From an uncultured archaeon (lineage in GTDB: Archaea > Thermoproteota > EX4484-205 > JAAOZP01), in the NCBI GenBank assembly GCA_938045545.1, contig CALIBN010000007.1:32001-96000 (forward strand): a DNA stretch of 64,000 nucleotides, written 5' to 3'. Shown here piece by piece: positions 19,208-29,268 of the stretch; the first letter of the stretch is position 1, and each line of letters starts with the position of its first letter. Under the pieces are notes generated by a model. The model was not told where the DNA came from and did not search any database. It saw nothing but the letters and a program-made list of their open reading frames with translations. A program made the translations under genes and the position numbers.

Positions 19208-20083
19208 CTATCTAAGGTTCCTCCAGCCAACCAGAGTGAAACCCAGTTCCTCAACTATTTGTCGAGCCTCCTTAGAGGTGACCAGCTGGTAATCCAGATA
19301 CCTGTCTACGTTGCTCGTCACGCCATGGCTAGGTATTATTGCCTTCATCTCCTCTTCGGGAAGGCCAAGGTGTACTATTATCTGAGTCAGGGTTCCCGGC
19401 TTAATATCCTTCAAAACATGTCTAAACCATTTTATTCTTTCCTGCAGGTCGGAGCCGAATGTAATGCCGATGAAATTATCAAGCATAGGCGTACCGGATT
19501 TAAGAATCCTGCTTACAAGATCCTCGGATATCGTTATGCCCATCTGCTTAGCCACTTCGAACGCGCTTTCAGTGGGTTTAATCAACATTGGGATAAGGCC
19601 ATTATCCAGGGCAACCTTAACATAGGTCTCTAAGAGGTCCGGCCTGAAGAAAACCGTGCCCATGTGAGTGTCAAGATGAGAGGGCTGTAGACCAAGGTCG
19701 AAAGCCTTTTTCACCTGCGCCCTCAGCTCAGCCTCAACCTCCTTCCGCGAGGCTTTTGCAGCATCCTTCGCCTCCTTGTGAAGGTATCCCTGCTCATCTA
19801 AGAGGGTTGGAACCTCACTCGTTGAACTAACCGGGCCCCACCTGTAGAGCCTCCACTCGCTCGTCAGCGTCGAATGTATCCCGTAGTCGTAATCCGGGTT
19901 CTCCTTGAAGAACTCAACCGCCTCTAGTATCCATGGGCATGGTATCATAAGGCTGCAGCTTGAAACCACGCCGTTTTGAAACCCTAGGAAGGTTGCCTTA
20001 TTCTCTGCGTGACACATGCCGACATCGTCTGCATGGATAATCAGAAGCTTGTCATTCCGGTCGAAGCCGCCAGTCAACGGCAT
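19208..20083 (-). CDS. ChbG/YdjC-family carbohydrate deacetylase
   Basis: LIIHADD.GM, G.H.TLTSEW, E..AQ, SHLDTHMG, IVH.G. Confidence 0.88.
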   Translation of the reverse strand: MPLTGGFDRNDKLLIIHADDVGMCHAENKATFLGFQNGVVSSCSLMIPCPWILEAVEFFKENPDYDYGIHSTLTSEWRLYRWGPVSSTSEVPTLLDEQGYLHKEAKDAAKASRKEVEAELRAQVKKAFDLGLQPSHLDTHMGTVFFRPDLLETYVKVALDNGLIPMLIKPTESAFEVAKQMGITISEDLVSRILKSGTPMLDNFIGITFGSDLQERIKWFRHVLKDIKPGTLTQIIVHLGLPEEEMKAIIPSHGVTSNVDRYLDYQLVTSKEARQIVEELGFTLVGWRNLR

Positions 20084-20308
20084 ACTTGTGAACTAGAAAT
20101 GCTAAAATATAAATTTTTAAAAAACAAGGCAGTTTCTCGCCATGTATGCAATATATTACTGCATCCTCAATAAACTCCTCATCTTAAGATAGTTGAATAA
20201 TCCTTACGTATTATCAGTCTCCTGACTATCTTTTAGAGACAGGTTGACTTTCCGCGAAGCGTTTTAGCTTAAATGACTAAAATATTCCTTTTTCAAGACG
20301 CGCAAAAA

Positions 20309-21580
20309 TTACGACTCAGCGTATTGCTTGATTCTGATTCGATACGTCAGTAAAGCTAAAGCCAAGAGTATAGCAGTCGAGGAAAATATCTTAACAGAGT
20401 CGAGAATCAGGGTCTCGGCAAAAGTTTCGAACACGAGTATCCTGCGGCTGGTCTCAATACTCCAGGCTGGGGGAAAGATTACAGCCAGCAATCTTACGGG
20501 TTGAGGCATCCATTCCAAGGGAAACCAGATCCCGGTGGTAAAACTGAGAAGAAGGCCGAGGACGGTACCCATGCCTGAAGCACCTCTCACCGTTTTTGAT
20601 AGCAGTGAGACTAGTGCTCCGATGCTCATGCTCATCAGGGCTCCGCAGACCATGAAGGCAACAGCTAGAAGGTGTATCGGATTCAACGGGTCTAAAACGA
20701 TGCGTGCCCCCACAGCTGGAGAGACTCCTACAAGTATCAGTATCAATGCGGATATTAGTAGAGTCGTTAGTTGAGATAGGAAGCTTCCAACCAGAAACTC
20801 TCCTTCAGTAAGCGGGGTTGAGAAAAGCTTCCTAAGAGTCCCCCTCTCCTTCTCGGAGACTACGAGTATCGCGCCGCTGTTAAACCCGAAGTAGAGGAAC
20901 ATCATGCCTATTGCTTCAATCGTATACCAGCCCAGTGTTCTCACACGATCTTCAAAGAACTCTGGCGATACGTGGTCAACAGTTAAGTCTAATGGTCGCA
21001 TGATGCCTTGTACAGTAGCGTTAAACCACAGTTTCTCCTCCTCTGAGATAGGCAGCCATTTGATTATGTTCACCGCGTTTTCAACCATCTTAAACGAGAC
21101 TCCTTCAGAGAACCTTTCGAGAAAGCCTATTATTATTGAGGAAGATATTTGTGCAGACTCGGGGGTTCTTGAACCAACGTATGCGTGAAGCCTCGCTTTC
21201 TCAACCGGATTGATTACAGCGTAGCCGAATCCTTCAGGCACAACTATTACGCCGTCAAGCTCACCTCTCCTCAAAGCCCGTAACGCTTCCTCCTCAGATT
21301 GATATAATTTTACGTTAAACAGCTTTGAATCGTTATACTCTGCCTCCTCCAAGATCTTAATTAAAGACGAGCCGTTAAGCGGTGTTTGAGAGCTGTCTAA
21401 GTTTACAATCCCAAGGTTAAGCACTATTGTTCCCCCGTCACCGGTCGGCGGCACGAAAATGTATGCAGTCATGAAGATCCATATCAGCGGCCATGCTACA
21501 AGCCAGAAAACAAACGTCTTATCTCTAGTCATCAGCTTTAAATCACGAATGATGAATGAAACCATTGGTTTTATTCTCAT
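20309..21580 (-). CDS. ABC-2 type exporter permease with large extracytoplasmic domain
   Basis: RD....FW...WP, L..G..DG..V.P.GF, EKERGTL.KL..TP, G.WFP..WMP. Confidence 0.88.
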   Translation of the reverse strand: MRIKPMVSFIIRDLKLMTRDKTFVFWLVAWPLIWIFMTAYIFVPPTGDGGTIVLNLGIVNLDSSQTPLNGSSLIKILEEAEYNDSKLFNVKLYQSEEEALRALRRGELDGVIVVPEGFGYAVINPVEKARLHAYVGSRTPESAQISSSIIIGFLERFSEGVSFKMVENAVNIIKWLPISEEEKLWFNATVQGIMRPLDLTVDHVSPEFFEDRVRTLGWYTIEAIGMMFLYFGFNSGAILVVSEKERGTLRKLFSTPLTEGEFLVGSFLSQLTTLLISALILILVGVSPAVGARIVLDPLNPIHLLAVAFMVCGALMSMSIGALVSLLSKTVRGASGMGTVLGLLLSFTTGIWFPLEWMPQPVRLLAVIFPPAWSIETSRRILVFETFAETLILDSVKIFSSTAILLALALLTYRIRIKQYAES

Positions 21581-22530
21581 TCCTCCAGCCTCCTTCCGGT
21601 TAGCTTTAGAAAAACATCTTCAAGCGTAGGCTTGACTACGCTTACACTCAACATCCTTACTCTTTTCTCACCGAGGATTAGTATGGTCTTAGGCAGATCC
21701 TCGTCGGGGTCGTCAGTATGAACATGTACTTCGCCGTTACAACTATAAACGTTTCCCCAACGGCTCTTTAAAACAGCAGAAGCATTCTCGACTTGTTCAG
21801 GAACGGGCTTAATCACTAGCACAGCTGGCGGGGCATAGAGTTTTTTAAGCTCCTCAGCACTGCCCTCCGCGATTAACTTACCCTTGTCTATTATTGCAAC
21901 CCTGTTTGCAAGTCCTTCTGCCTCGTCAACAAGATGAGTCGCCATGAGGATGGTAACTCTGTTTGAAACTTTTTTGCGTAGCAATTCTAGGACGCTTCTG
22001 CGCATAGCCGGGTCTAAAGCTGTAGTCGGCTCATCAAGTATCAGCAGCTCAGCCTCAATGGCTAGGGATAGTATGATTGAAGCGAGTTTCATCTGCCCCG
22101 TTGACAGTTTGGAAGAGAGCCTGGTTGCTAACTCCTGAACACCCAATTTTTCAAAAAGCCACTTAGCCTCCTGCCGGACAGTATTCCTGTTGAAACCGTA
22201 TAACGATGCGTAGAAATCAACATTCTCCATTACTGTTAGCCAAGGGTATAATGGTGGAGTCGCTGGAAGATAGGAGATTTTTAAACGCGTTGACGGATCG
22301 AAAGGACTACCCCCAAGAACCCTAATGCTTCCAGACGTCGGCTTCATAACGCCAGCTATAATGTTGAACAACGTTGACTTGCCTGCACCATTCGGCCCTA
22401 TGAAAACGTATACCTCGCTAGGCCTAACCGTGAAGCTGACCGCGTCCAGCGCGACGACACTGTTATATGATTTAGAAATCCCTTGAGCAGCAACCACTTC
22501 CTGCCCCATGATTCTATCACATTTTTTCAA
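21577..22530 (-). CDS. ABC-2 exporter ATP-binding protein (start possibly 22509)
   Basis: GPNGAGKST, LSTGQ, LILDEPT, H-loop, C-terminal PTLEDVFL.LTG. Confidence 0.92.
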   Translation of the reverse strand: MKKCDRIMGQEVVAAQGISKSYNSVVALDAVSFTVRPSEVYVFIGPNGAGKSTLFNIIAGVMKPTSGSIRVLGGSPFDPSTRLKISYLPATPPLYPWLTVMENVDFYASLYGFNRNTVRQEAKWLFEKLGVQELATRLSSKLSTGQMKLASIILSLAIEAELLILDEPTTALDPAMRRSVLELLRKKVSNRVTILMATHLVDEAEGLANRVAIIDKGKLIAEGSAEELKKLYAPPAVLVIKPVPEQVENASAVLKSRWGNVYSCNGEVHVHTDDPDEDLPKTILILGEKRVRMLSVSVVKPTLEDVFLKLTGRRLEE

Positions 22531-22639
22531 TCACTATCTTTAAGTCTTATTCTTAATCTATTATCCTAAAAGATTAGGCTCATATTTCCTAATGTGCAAG
22601 CCATATGGAAATCTATATCAGGTTGTTTAATCTGGAACC

Positions 22640-22986
22640 CATGTATATGCCTAAACGTACGTTCAGACTACTTGAGCCAAAAATTTATGGGACTACGATT
22701 TGCGAGTTAGGGATTATTTCACCCTCAGGTGGATAAGGATTTGCTTAATGCTCAAGGTTAGAACGACCTAGGTTTTGATTTGTGCAGGGTTCGGCCCCTG
22801 CTATAACTCGGAAGAAAACTGGATTGAAGAGGCTAAACGACTTATAAAGTGGCTTCCCAAATGGAGGTCATTTCATCGGTTTCTCTAACGAGATGCGCCC
22901 GCTCCACTCCTTGAAAGCATCTAGCATTCCATAAGACTGTCAACGAGTATGGCAGACATCCTGCAGGAAGGAAAACATGTTTCTAA
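22640..22986 (+). pseudogene. Heavily decayed remnant of a URO-D/MtaA-family gene
   Basis: Frame-shifted pieces EEAKRLIKWL / NGGHFIGFSNEMRP / LAFHKTVNEYGRHP resemble the URO-D family C-terminus (compare the end of 45707-46804); NDLGFDL fragment upstream. Boundaries approximate. Confidence 0.45.
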
Positions 22987-23016
22987 ACTGCCGAGCAATC
23001 GGTATCCTGTTATCAA

Positions 23017-23520
23017 CTATCTTCTCGCTTCTCTGACCATGTGGCCGATTTCAGGAAGTATCAGCCTCCTAATCGCTAATTCCACAGCATTCTTCGAACC
23101 CGGTAGACATATAAGTATCTTTCCCTTTACAACTCCTGCGAACGCTCTTGTAAGCATCGCAGCCGTACCTATTTCACTGTAGCTGAGGAACCTGAAAAGC
23201 TCGCCGAACCCCTCAATCCTCTTCTCAACTGTTTTAGAGACTGTTTCAACCGTAACGTCCCTCCTGCTCAACCCGGTTCCTCCCATAGTCAGTATAACGT
23301 CGATTCCCCCGTTGCTAAGCAGCTCTTCAATGATCCTCCTTATCTCCCCCTCGTCGTTCCGCACGATAATCCTCTTGCACACCTCGTGCCCACTGCTCTT
23401 CAAAATATCCTCCGCTATCCTACCGGATTCGTCTGTTTCAACCGTTCTGGAGTCGCTTACAGTAACCAGTGCGAAAACGAGGCTTCTGGGAGAAGCCTTC
23501 CTATGTTCTAAATAGTCCAA
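23017..23520 (-). CDS. moaB: Molybdopterin adenylyltransferase MoaB/MogA family
   Basis: TVSD, D.SG, GGTG...RDVT.E, GFGE.FR, LPGS. Confidence 0.92.
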   Translation of the reverse strand: MDYLEHRKASPRSLVFALVTVSDSRTVETDESGRIAEDILKSSGHEVCKRIIVRNDEGEIRRIIEELLSNGGIDVILTMGGTGLSRRDVTVETVSKTVEKRIEGFGELFRFLSYSEIGTAAMLTRAFAGVVKGKILICLPGSKNAVELAIRRLILPEIGHMVREARR

Positions 23521-23969
23521 TCCTTAACCTTCTCCTCGATAACTATGCTTTCTATCGCTGTGAACGGATACTGCCCTTTCTCATCCTTCTCAATCTCCTT
23601 AACCATGTCCCAGACCGTTAGTAAAGCTGCAGCCACCCCGGTTAAAGCCTCCATCTCCACACCGGTCTTAGACTCTGAGACAACCCGACATACTACTGAA
23701 ACCCTGTCTTCCCCCGTTTGAAACTCGACAGCTATATGTGTTAGAGGAATAGGGTGGCAGCCGGGTATCAGCTCAGGAGTCTTCTTAACAGCTAGGATTG
23801 CTGAAACCTTTGCAACAGTAAGAACATCGCCTTTCGCAATCCTACCGGTTTTCAACGCATCCACTGTTTCGCGCCTAAGCCTTATCCATCCCTTTGCAAC
23901 AGCCATCCTGCGTGAAGGCTCCTTGCCGCTTATGTCGACCATCTCCAGCCCCTTTTCGTTCCAGTTCAA
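23508..23969 (-). CDS. moaC: Cyclic pyranopterin monophosphate synthase MoaC
   Basis: MVDIS.K....R.A.A, KGDV, K.T..LIP.CHP, TGVEMEAL, WDMVK. Confidence 0.95.
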   Translation of the reverse strand: MNWNEKGLEMVDISGKEPSRRMAVAKGWIRLRRETVDALKTGRIAKGDVLTVAKVSAILAVKKTPELIPGCHPIPLTHIAVEFQTGEDRVSVVCRVVSESKTGVEMEALTGVAAALLTVWDMVKEIEKDEKGQYPFTAIESIVIEEKVKDWTI

Positions 23970-23972
23970 GGT

Positions 23973-24383
23973 TTAAACAGCCTCCTTAACCCATCTTTCC
24001 CCTCTGGGTGTAACCTCTTTTTTCCATATTGGTGCACGTGCCTTAACCTCGTCTATAATCCAGCTGCAGGCTTTGAAAGCCTCCCTCCGACTTTCGGCTG
24101 AGGCGGCCACCAGAACTATGTTTTCTGCCTGCTTCAGTCTTCCAACCCTATGAATAATGGCTGCATCAATTATTCTGAATTTTTCTAAAGCGTTTCTCCT
24201 TATTTTTTCAAGCTCCGCCTCCGCAACCTCCCTGTATGCTTCGACAATCATCTCGCTAACAGTCTCCCCTTCCCTAAACCCCTTCACAACACCTAGGAAA
24301 AACACTATTGCGCCGGTTTCCATTCCCTTCAGTGTTGAAGCAACCTCGTCTATTGAGAAATCATCCTCGGTAACGCGGATCAT
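23973..24383 (-). CDS. moaE: Molybdopterin synthase catalytic subunit MoaE
   Basis: GAIV.F.G.V, EAY, HRVG.L, R.EAF, D.VK..APIWKKE. Confidence 0.93.
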   Translation of the reverse strand: MIRVTEDDFSIDEVASTLKGMETGAIVFFLGVVKGFREGETVSEMIVEAYREVAEAELEKIRRNALEKFRIIDAAIIHRVGRLKQAENIVLVAASAESRREAFKACSWIIDEVKARAPIWKKEVTPRGERWVKEAV

Positions 24384-24384
24384 T

Positions 24385-24624
24385 CTAACCGCCTCCGGCT
24401 GGAGGGAACACGGCTACTACATCTCCCTCGTTTAAACAGGTGTTCAAATCCACTGTTCTCCCGTTAACAGCTATAAGGAAGTTCTCCCCAGCCAGGTCAG
24501 CATGCCTCCCCCTGAGTTTTTCAACGATTTTCCCAACGGTTGTCCCCTCGTCAACCTCCAGTGTCTCCTTCTCGCCGACTTTCTCCCTAATCCAAGCGTA
24601 ATATTTTACTTCGATCCTCATCAT
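24385..24624 (-). CDS. moaD: MoaD/SAMP ubiquitin-like sulfur carrier
   Basis: V.YYA..RE..G, AVNG, GDVVA.FPP.GGG C-terminus. Confidence 0.92.
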   Translation of the reverse strand: MMRIEVKYYAWIREKVGEKETLEVDEGTTVGKIVEKLRGRHADLAGENFLIAVNGRTVDLNTCLNEGDVVAVFPPAGGG

Positions 24625-24697
24625 TATTCCTCCGGCTAACGTAATGATTTAAAGCTGGCTATAAAAGGTTTCTAACAGAAAAGCGTTTAAGCATGCT

Positions 24698-27169
24698 CTA
24701 GTAGTGCGATACTGTTATTCTCTTCCTGAGCTCTGGTTTTGAGAGCGGCCTATACAGCTTTACCAGAATCCTTTTCTCAATACGCGGGGGAAGGTCGAAG
24801 AAGTTATCGCTGAACTCTGCTTTCACCCCTCTAATCCTTACTTCGCATGATTTTACAACATTGTTCGAAACCAGGGTTAGCTCATAGGTTGCACTGTCCT
24901 TTCTGCTAAGCTTCATTCTAATTCTAGGCTTGGGAAGCGTAATATGCTTCACTTTTTCAAGGAATACCACGTCATACCTTGGCTCAGAGTCTTCAGGCTC
25001 GAAAACGCATACTAGAAAATTGCTGAACCTGTCTTTCACGCTTAACTCGCTTAGGCTTAGCTCCATACAGGGCTTTGAAGAATTCGCCTCTACAACAACC
25101 TCCATCTCTACTCCCGCCTTCCTGTTCCCCTTCAGGTCGAAAGACATGATCCTAAGCCTGCCCTTCACCGGTTTAAGAAGATCATTGCAAACCCAGGCCT
25201 CCACCTTATCCTGTTTAACAAGCAGGCTAACGTTAACGGGGTCGAATGCCCTCTTCACGTAGTAGTATGAAGCCTTAAGGTTACCGTAATAGTCGATCAG
25301 GCTCCAGCTGAACACTGGCCAACAGTCGTTGAGCTGCCATATCAAAGCTCCCCCCGTCTTAAACTTTCTCCTCCTCCAGTGTTCTACACCCGTCTTCATA
25401 GCTTCCCCTTGGTTTATTTGAGTCAAGAAGACAAACCTGCTCATTTTTACAGCCAGCTTGAAATGCAACAGAATGAAAAACCAGAGTCTCTCCTGCCCAA
25501 AATGCTGCTTATTATGGAATTCGATGACTCTGCTCTGCGGATCCCTGTCCCCGGGAAGAGTAAACCTTCTAATCGTTTCCATCGAGGGTGCCGACTGGAA
25601 GCCGAATTCGCTTATGAACCTGCCCTTATCATTAAGATACTCCGTGTAATCTCTTAGCATAGACCAAACCTCCCAGTTATGCCTGTCTCCCTCGCTCTGC
25701 GAATTAGGATCGTCACCCCCATATGGGCTACTCGGCCAGTAGAAGGTTGTAGGGTCAAGTTTAGAGCAAACCTCGGGAAGTATTTTGTGGTAGATCGTCT
25801 CGCCATAGAACCTATCCTTGATGCCGTACCAATGCGCTTTGAACCCCCAGTGATTCTCGTTGTTACCACACCATATTGCTAGGCAAGCGTGATTCCTGAG
25901 CCTCTTCACCACTTTCTCAGCCTCCTTTCTAACTAATTCGAAGAACCATTCTTCCTCAGGGTACTCTGCGCATGCGAACATGAAGTCCTGCCAGACAAGT
26001 ATCCCCTTCTCGTCGCAAAGCTCATAGAAAGCCTCATCCTCATACACACCGCCGCCCCAGACTCTTACCATGTTCATATGCGCCTCCTTCGCCCTGCTTA
26101 GAAGATAATCGTAAACCTGCCTGCTGACCCTAGGTAGGAAGGAGTCTGCAGGAACCCAGTTTACCCCTTTGCAGAAAACTGGAACATTGTTAACTCTGAA
26201 GAAGAACGTTTTACCCTCTTCATCCCTCTCCTGAACTACTTCGATCCTTCTTATTCCAACTTTCTTTTTAACCATATCTAAAACACCCTTCGAGCCCTCA
26301 ACAACAATCTCCAAGTCGTAAAGGTTCTGCTCACCATAACCGTTTGGCCACCATAGTTTCGGATTCTGAATGTTAAACTCGATTTTAACATCGTTTAATC
26401 CGGGTGAAACATCCATATGTTCCTCCCTAACCTGATCTTCGCCGAAACCCTTCACCCGAGTCCTCAGCTTTACACCTCCCGTTTCGAAGGCCTCTATAGA
26501 GACGCTTACACTTATCTTCGAGCTTTTAAGGTCACTGCTAAGTTCGCTGGAAAAATGGAAGCTTTCAATCTTACACACATCGTAAGCTTTAAGCTCCACG
26601 CTTCGCCAAATCCCTGAGGTTCCCAGTCTCGGGCCCCAATCCCAGCCGAAGGAGTATTGCGCCTTCCTACCGTAAACAACCGGGGGATAGAACGCTCCGC
26701 CCAGCTTAACGCTGCTCTTGTCATACATTTCCTCAAGAACCCTTTTAGGCGAATCAAGCCTAACTACTAGTATGTTTTTCCCTTCTTTTAAAAGATCTTT
26801 AACATTAAACTCATGCTCGTGAAACATGTTAGCTGTCCTGCCGACCTCTTTCCCATTGAGCCAGATTGTTGCAAAAGTATCCAAGCCGTGAAACTTGAGC
26901 TCAACATGGTCATGGTTGAGAAACTCTTTGCCTACGTGAAACTCTTTCATATACCACCAATCCTTATCCTCCACCCAAGCTACCTCAAGCTCGTTCATTC
27001 TGAAGAACGGGTCGGGGATCTTTCTATTCCTAAAAAGGTCAAGATGGACAACGCCCGGCACGGTTGCCTTAAACCATGGGCCTGAGCTCGGCGGCGTCTT
27101 CTCATCTCTCCCGCATTCTTTGAAAAACCATTCCCCGTTAAGACTTATGGTTTCCATGAGTTTCCACAA
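24698..27169 (-). CDS. Glycoside hydrolase family 2, beta-mannosidase-like, no signal peptide
   Basis: ATVPG.VH.DL, GLDT.A, RKAQY.FGWDWGP, G.NWVPAD, RVWGGG.YE, WQDFMFAC, WCGNNE, ISEFG.Q, WQLNDCWP. Confidence 0.92.
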   Translation of the reverse strand: MWKLMETISLNGEWFFKECGRDEKTPPSSGPWFKATVPGVVHLDLFRNRKIPDPFFRMNELEVAWVEDKDWWYMKEFHVGKEFLNHDHVELKFHGLDTFATIWLNGKEVGRTANMFHEHEFNVKDLLKEGKNILVVRLDSPKRVLEEMYDKSSVKLGGAFYPPVVYGRKAQYSFGWDWGPRLGTSGIWRSVELKAYDVCKIESFHFSSELSSDLKSSKISVSVSIEAFETGGVKLRTRVKGFGEDQVREEHMDVSPGLNDVKIEFNIQNPKLWWPNGYGEQNLYDLEIVVEGSKGVLDMVKKKVGIRRIEVVQERDEEGKTFFFRVNNVPVFCKGVNWVPADSFLPRVSRQVYDYLLSRAKEAHMNMVRVWGGGVYEDEAFYELCDEKGILVWQDFMFACAEYPEEEWFFELVRKEAEKVVKRLRNHACLAIWCGNNENHWGFKAHWYGIKDRFYGETIYHKILPEVCSKLDPTTFYWPSSPYGGDDPNSQSEGDRHNWEVWSMLRDYTEYLNDKGRFISEFGFQSAPSMETIRRFTLPGDRDPQSRVIEFHNKQHFGQERLWFFILLHFKLAVKMSRFVFLTQINQGEAMKTGVEHWRRRKFKTGGALIWQLNDCWPVFSWSLIDYYGNLKASYYYVKRAFDPVNVSLLVKQDKVEAWVCNDLLKPVKGRLRIMSFDLKGNRKAGVEMEVVVEANSSKPCMELSLSELSVKDRFSNFLVCVFEPEDSEPRYDVVFLEKVKHITLPKPRIRMKLSRKDSATYELTLVSNNVVKSCEVRIRGVKAEFSDNFFDLPPRIEKRILVKLYRPLSKPELRKRITVSHY

Positions 27170-27305
27170 TATCGTCGCAAATATAAAACTTTATGCCTTT
27201 CAGTTTAAGACTTAGATAAATAGGTTTGCAAGCCCTTATCGAACCATTTTAACTTGAGTCGAAATCGGCGGTTGAGAAAACCATATATACTGCAAACAAC
27301 GAGGG

Positions 27306-28883
27306 TTGGGAAACCAACTGAAAGGGAAATTGCTCAGAGAAGCCTCTTCAAAAAGGCAGGATGGCGGAAAGAAAATAGTGTTAACCGCGTCTGCAGTGGA
27401 AATGAGCGATTTCAACCTAAACCCGTTCATAGCCTTTTCAGCAGGGTTCCCCCTGCCATTTTCTAAGAGGCTCCTCAGGGAAAGGCTTTATCCTCCGCCA
27501 CCGTTAAACGATGATGGAACCATTAAGCATGCCCCATACGGCTTGAGAAAAATAGAGTCTCTCCTTGTAGACGAGTTTGGCGAGGAGAACGTTGCAACCG
27601 TTTACCCGACCATGCTTGAAATGTTCGTAGGAAAGGAAACAAGGGTTGTAGGGATTTCTTCAATGGATCCGTTGGGGATAGGGTTTGTAAGCAGGACCTA
27701 CACGAGCCTTATCGGTATAGATGGTAAGCCCGTCACAAGAGTGGAGTTTGAAACACTTCTTTCCAACCCTGTTTTCAAGAAGTACAGGCCTAAAGTAGTG
27801 TTGGGTGGAAGCGGTGCTTGGCAAGTTGTCAAGACAGGGGTTCAGCAGAAGCTAGGGATAGACAGTGTGGTGATGGGCGAGGCTGAGGAGGATGTTGTAA
27901 ACCTCTTCAGAAAAGCCTTGAACGGTGAAGAGCTTCCGAAGCAGCTGGTGTGTAGTAGGCCCGTGCTTGAAAAAGTTCCGTGCATTAAGAAAGCATCCCT
28001 GTTCGGTGTTGTTGAAGTCACGCGGGGATGCGGAAGAGGATGTCAATTCTGCTCTCCCACGCTTAGACAGAGATACTCATTTCCTCTGGAACACGTATTG
28101 AAAGAGGTTGACATAAACGCTAGAAGCGGAACCAGGATGATAACTCTTCAGACTGACGATATATTTCTGTATAAGGCGGATTCTAGTTTCACGCCGAACG
28201 GGGATGCGGTGTTTGAACTGGTTGACTCAGTAGCTAAAGTTAAAGGAGTAAAGTATATTCAGGTGGCGCACGCGGCTCTTACGCCTGTAGTCTATGACCG
28301 TGGGCTTGTTGAAAAAATAGCGCCCACGCTCGTTGAGAAGTCCAGATGGACTTACTTGAACAATCAGAGGTATGCGACTTTCGAAATAGGTATTGAAACC
28401 GGGAGTGTCAGACTGATGGAGAAATACATGAGGGGGAAGGCGCTGCCATACACGCCTGAAAAGTGGCCTGATATTGTGGTTCAAGCTCTTGGGATACTTA
28501 ACGACAACCAGATATATCCTTTAGCGACACTCGTAATGGGTCTTCCCACTGAAAACGAGGAGGACGTTACTGCAACCCTTGAGCTGCTCGACAGGTTGAA
28601 GAATAATAGGGTCTTCTTTGTCCCCCTGCTATTCACATCTGAGGAGGATTGCGTTTTAAACAGGGAGAACCATGCCGACTTGCATAGTTTATCAGAGCTT
28701 CACTGGGATGTTTTCTCAACGTGTTGGAGGCACAACGTGAAAACGTGGAGGGGAAACGGCTTTCAACATTTTATCAGAATCGGGGGATTATTCGCCTACT
28801 TGGTTTACTACAGGCGGCTGCACGGCCCCTGGGTCCTAAAACATATTCTAAAGGTTTCAGGTTGGGGTGAAGAACTGCAATAG
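27306..28883 (+). CDS. Radical SAM protein, B12-binding-domain type
   Basis: APYGLRK.E, GISSMDPLG, GG.GAWQ, GEAE, EVTRGCGRGCQFC (CxxxCxxC), GIETGS. Confidence 0.85.
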   Translation: MGNQLKGKLLREASSKRQDGGKKIVLTASAVEMSDFNLNPFIAFSAGFPLPFSKRLLRERLYPPPPLNDDGTIKHAPYGLRKIESLLVDEFGEENVATVYPTMLEMFVGKETRVVGISSMDPLGIGFVSRTYTSLIGIDGKPVTRVEFETLLSNPVFKKYRPKVVLGGSGAWQVVKTGVQQKLGIDSVVMGEAEEDVVNLFRKALNGEELPKQLVCSRPVLEKVPCIKKASLFGVVEVTRGCGRGCQFCSPTLRQRYSFPLEHVLKEVDINARSGTRMITLQTDDIFLYKADSSFTPNGDAVFELVDSVAKVKGVKYIQVAHAALTPVVYDRGLVEKIAPTLVEKSRWTYLNNQRYATFEIGIETGSVRLMEKYMRGKALPYTPEKWPDIVVQALGILNDNQIYPLATLVMGLPTENEEDVTATLELLDRLKNNRVFFVPLLFTSEEDCVLNRENHADLHSLSELHWDVFSTCWRHNVKTWRGNGFQHFIRIGGLFAYLVYYRRLHGPWVLKHILKVSGWGEELQ

Positions 28884-28888
28884 AGGTT

Positions 28889-29182
28889 CTAAGGGTCTGC
28901 AATCATATCTCTAAGCGCTTTATCAACTATTCTCGCTATCTCGACTAGCCCAACCAGTATGCAGGGCACTCCCCTAAGCCTAGCCAAGTCAGCCGTCATC
29001 TGGTCCTGCGTGATGATTACGAGGCTGTTTCTAGCCGCGTGTTCAACTATTATCTCGTCCTCCGCCCCCTTTAAACCCACGTCGTCAACCGTCTGAGCAT
29101 CCCACCCAAGTGTTTTAAGAAACGGCTTTAAACCGGAGTACATTTCGTCCAATAGTATCTTGACGTTTTTCACGAATAGCAT
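28889..29182 (-). CDS. Small PIN-like protein (Mut7-C / DUF5615 type); start uncertain (29182 or 29173)
   Basis: KILLDEM, L..LG.D, G..D..I...A.......IT.D pattern. Confidence 0.7.
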   Translation of the reverse strand: MLFVKNVKILLDEMYSGLKPFLKTLGWDAQTVDDVGLKGAEDEIIVEHAARNSLVIITQDQMTADLARLRGVPCILVGLVEIARIVDKALRDMIADP

Positions 29183-29268
29183 CCTGTTCAGGCTTTTCTT
29201 TAATCTTTTCTCTACTAAAGTTGAAGACAATCTTAAACGCAAAAGTCTTATAAAAGAGAGGCTGCTTT

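Noticed and set aside
20084-20308. AT-rich gap with weak inverted repeat ATGCA-N9-TGCAT (20146-20164)
   Set aside because: Arms are too short to distinguish from chance.
22784-22801. Hairpin GCAGGG-TTCGGC-CCCTGC resembling a tRNA T-arm
   Set aside because: Six-nt loop, no acceptor, D or anticodon arms, and it lies within the probable URO-D relic.
28889-29182. PIN-like gene as a toxin-antitoxin module
   Set aside because: No adjacent antitoxin-like ORF; the region upstream is the divergent PflX-like gene.
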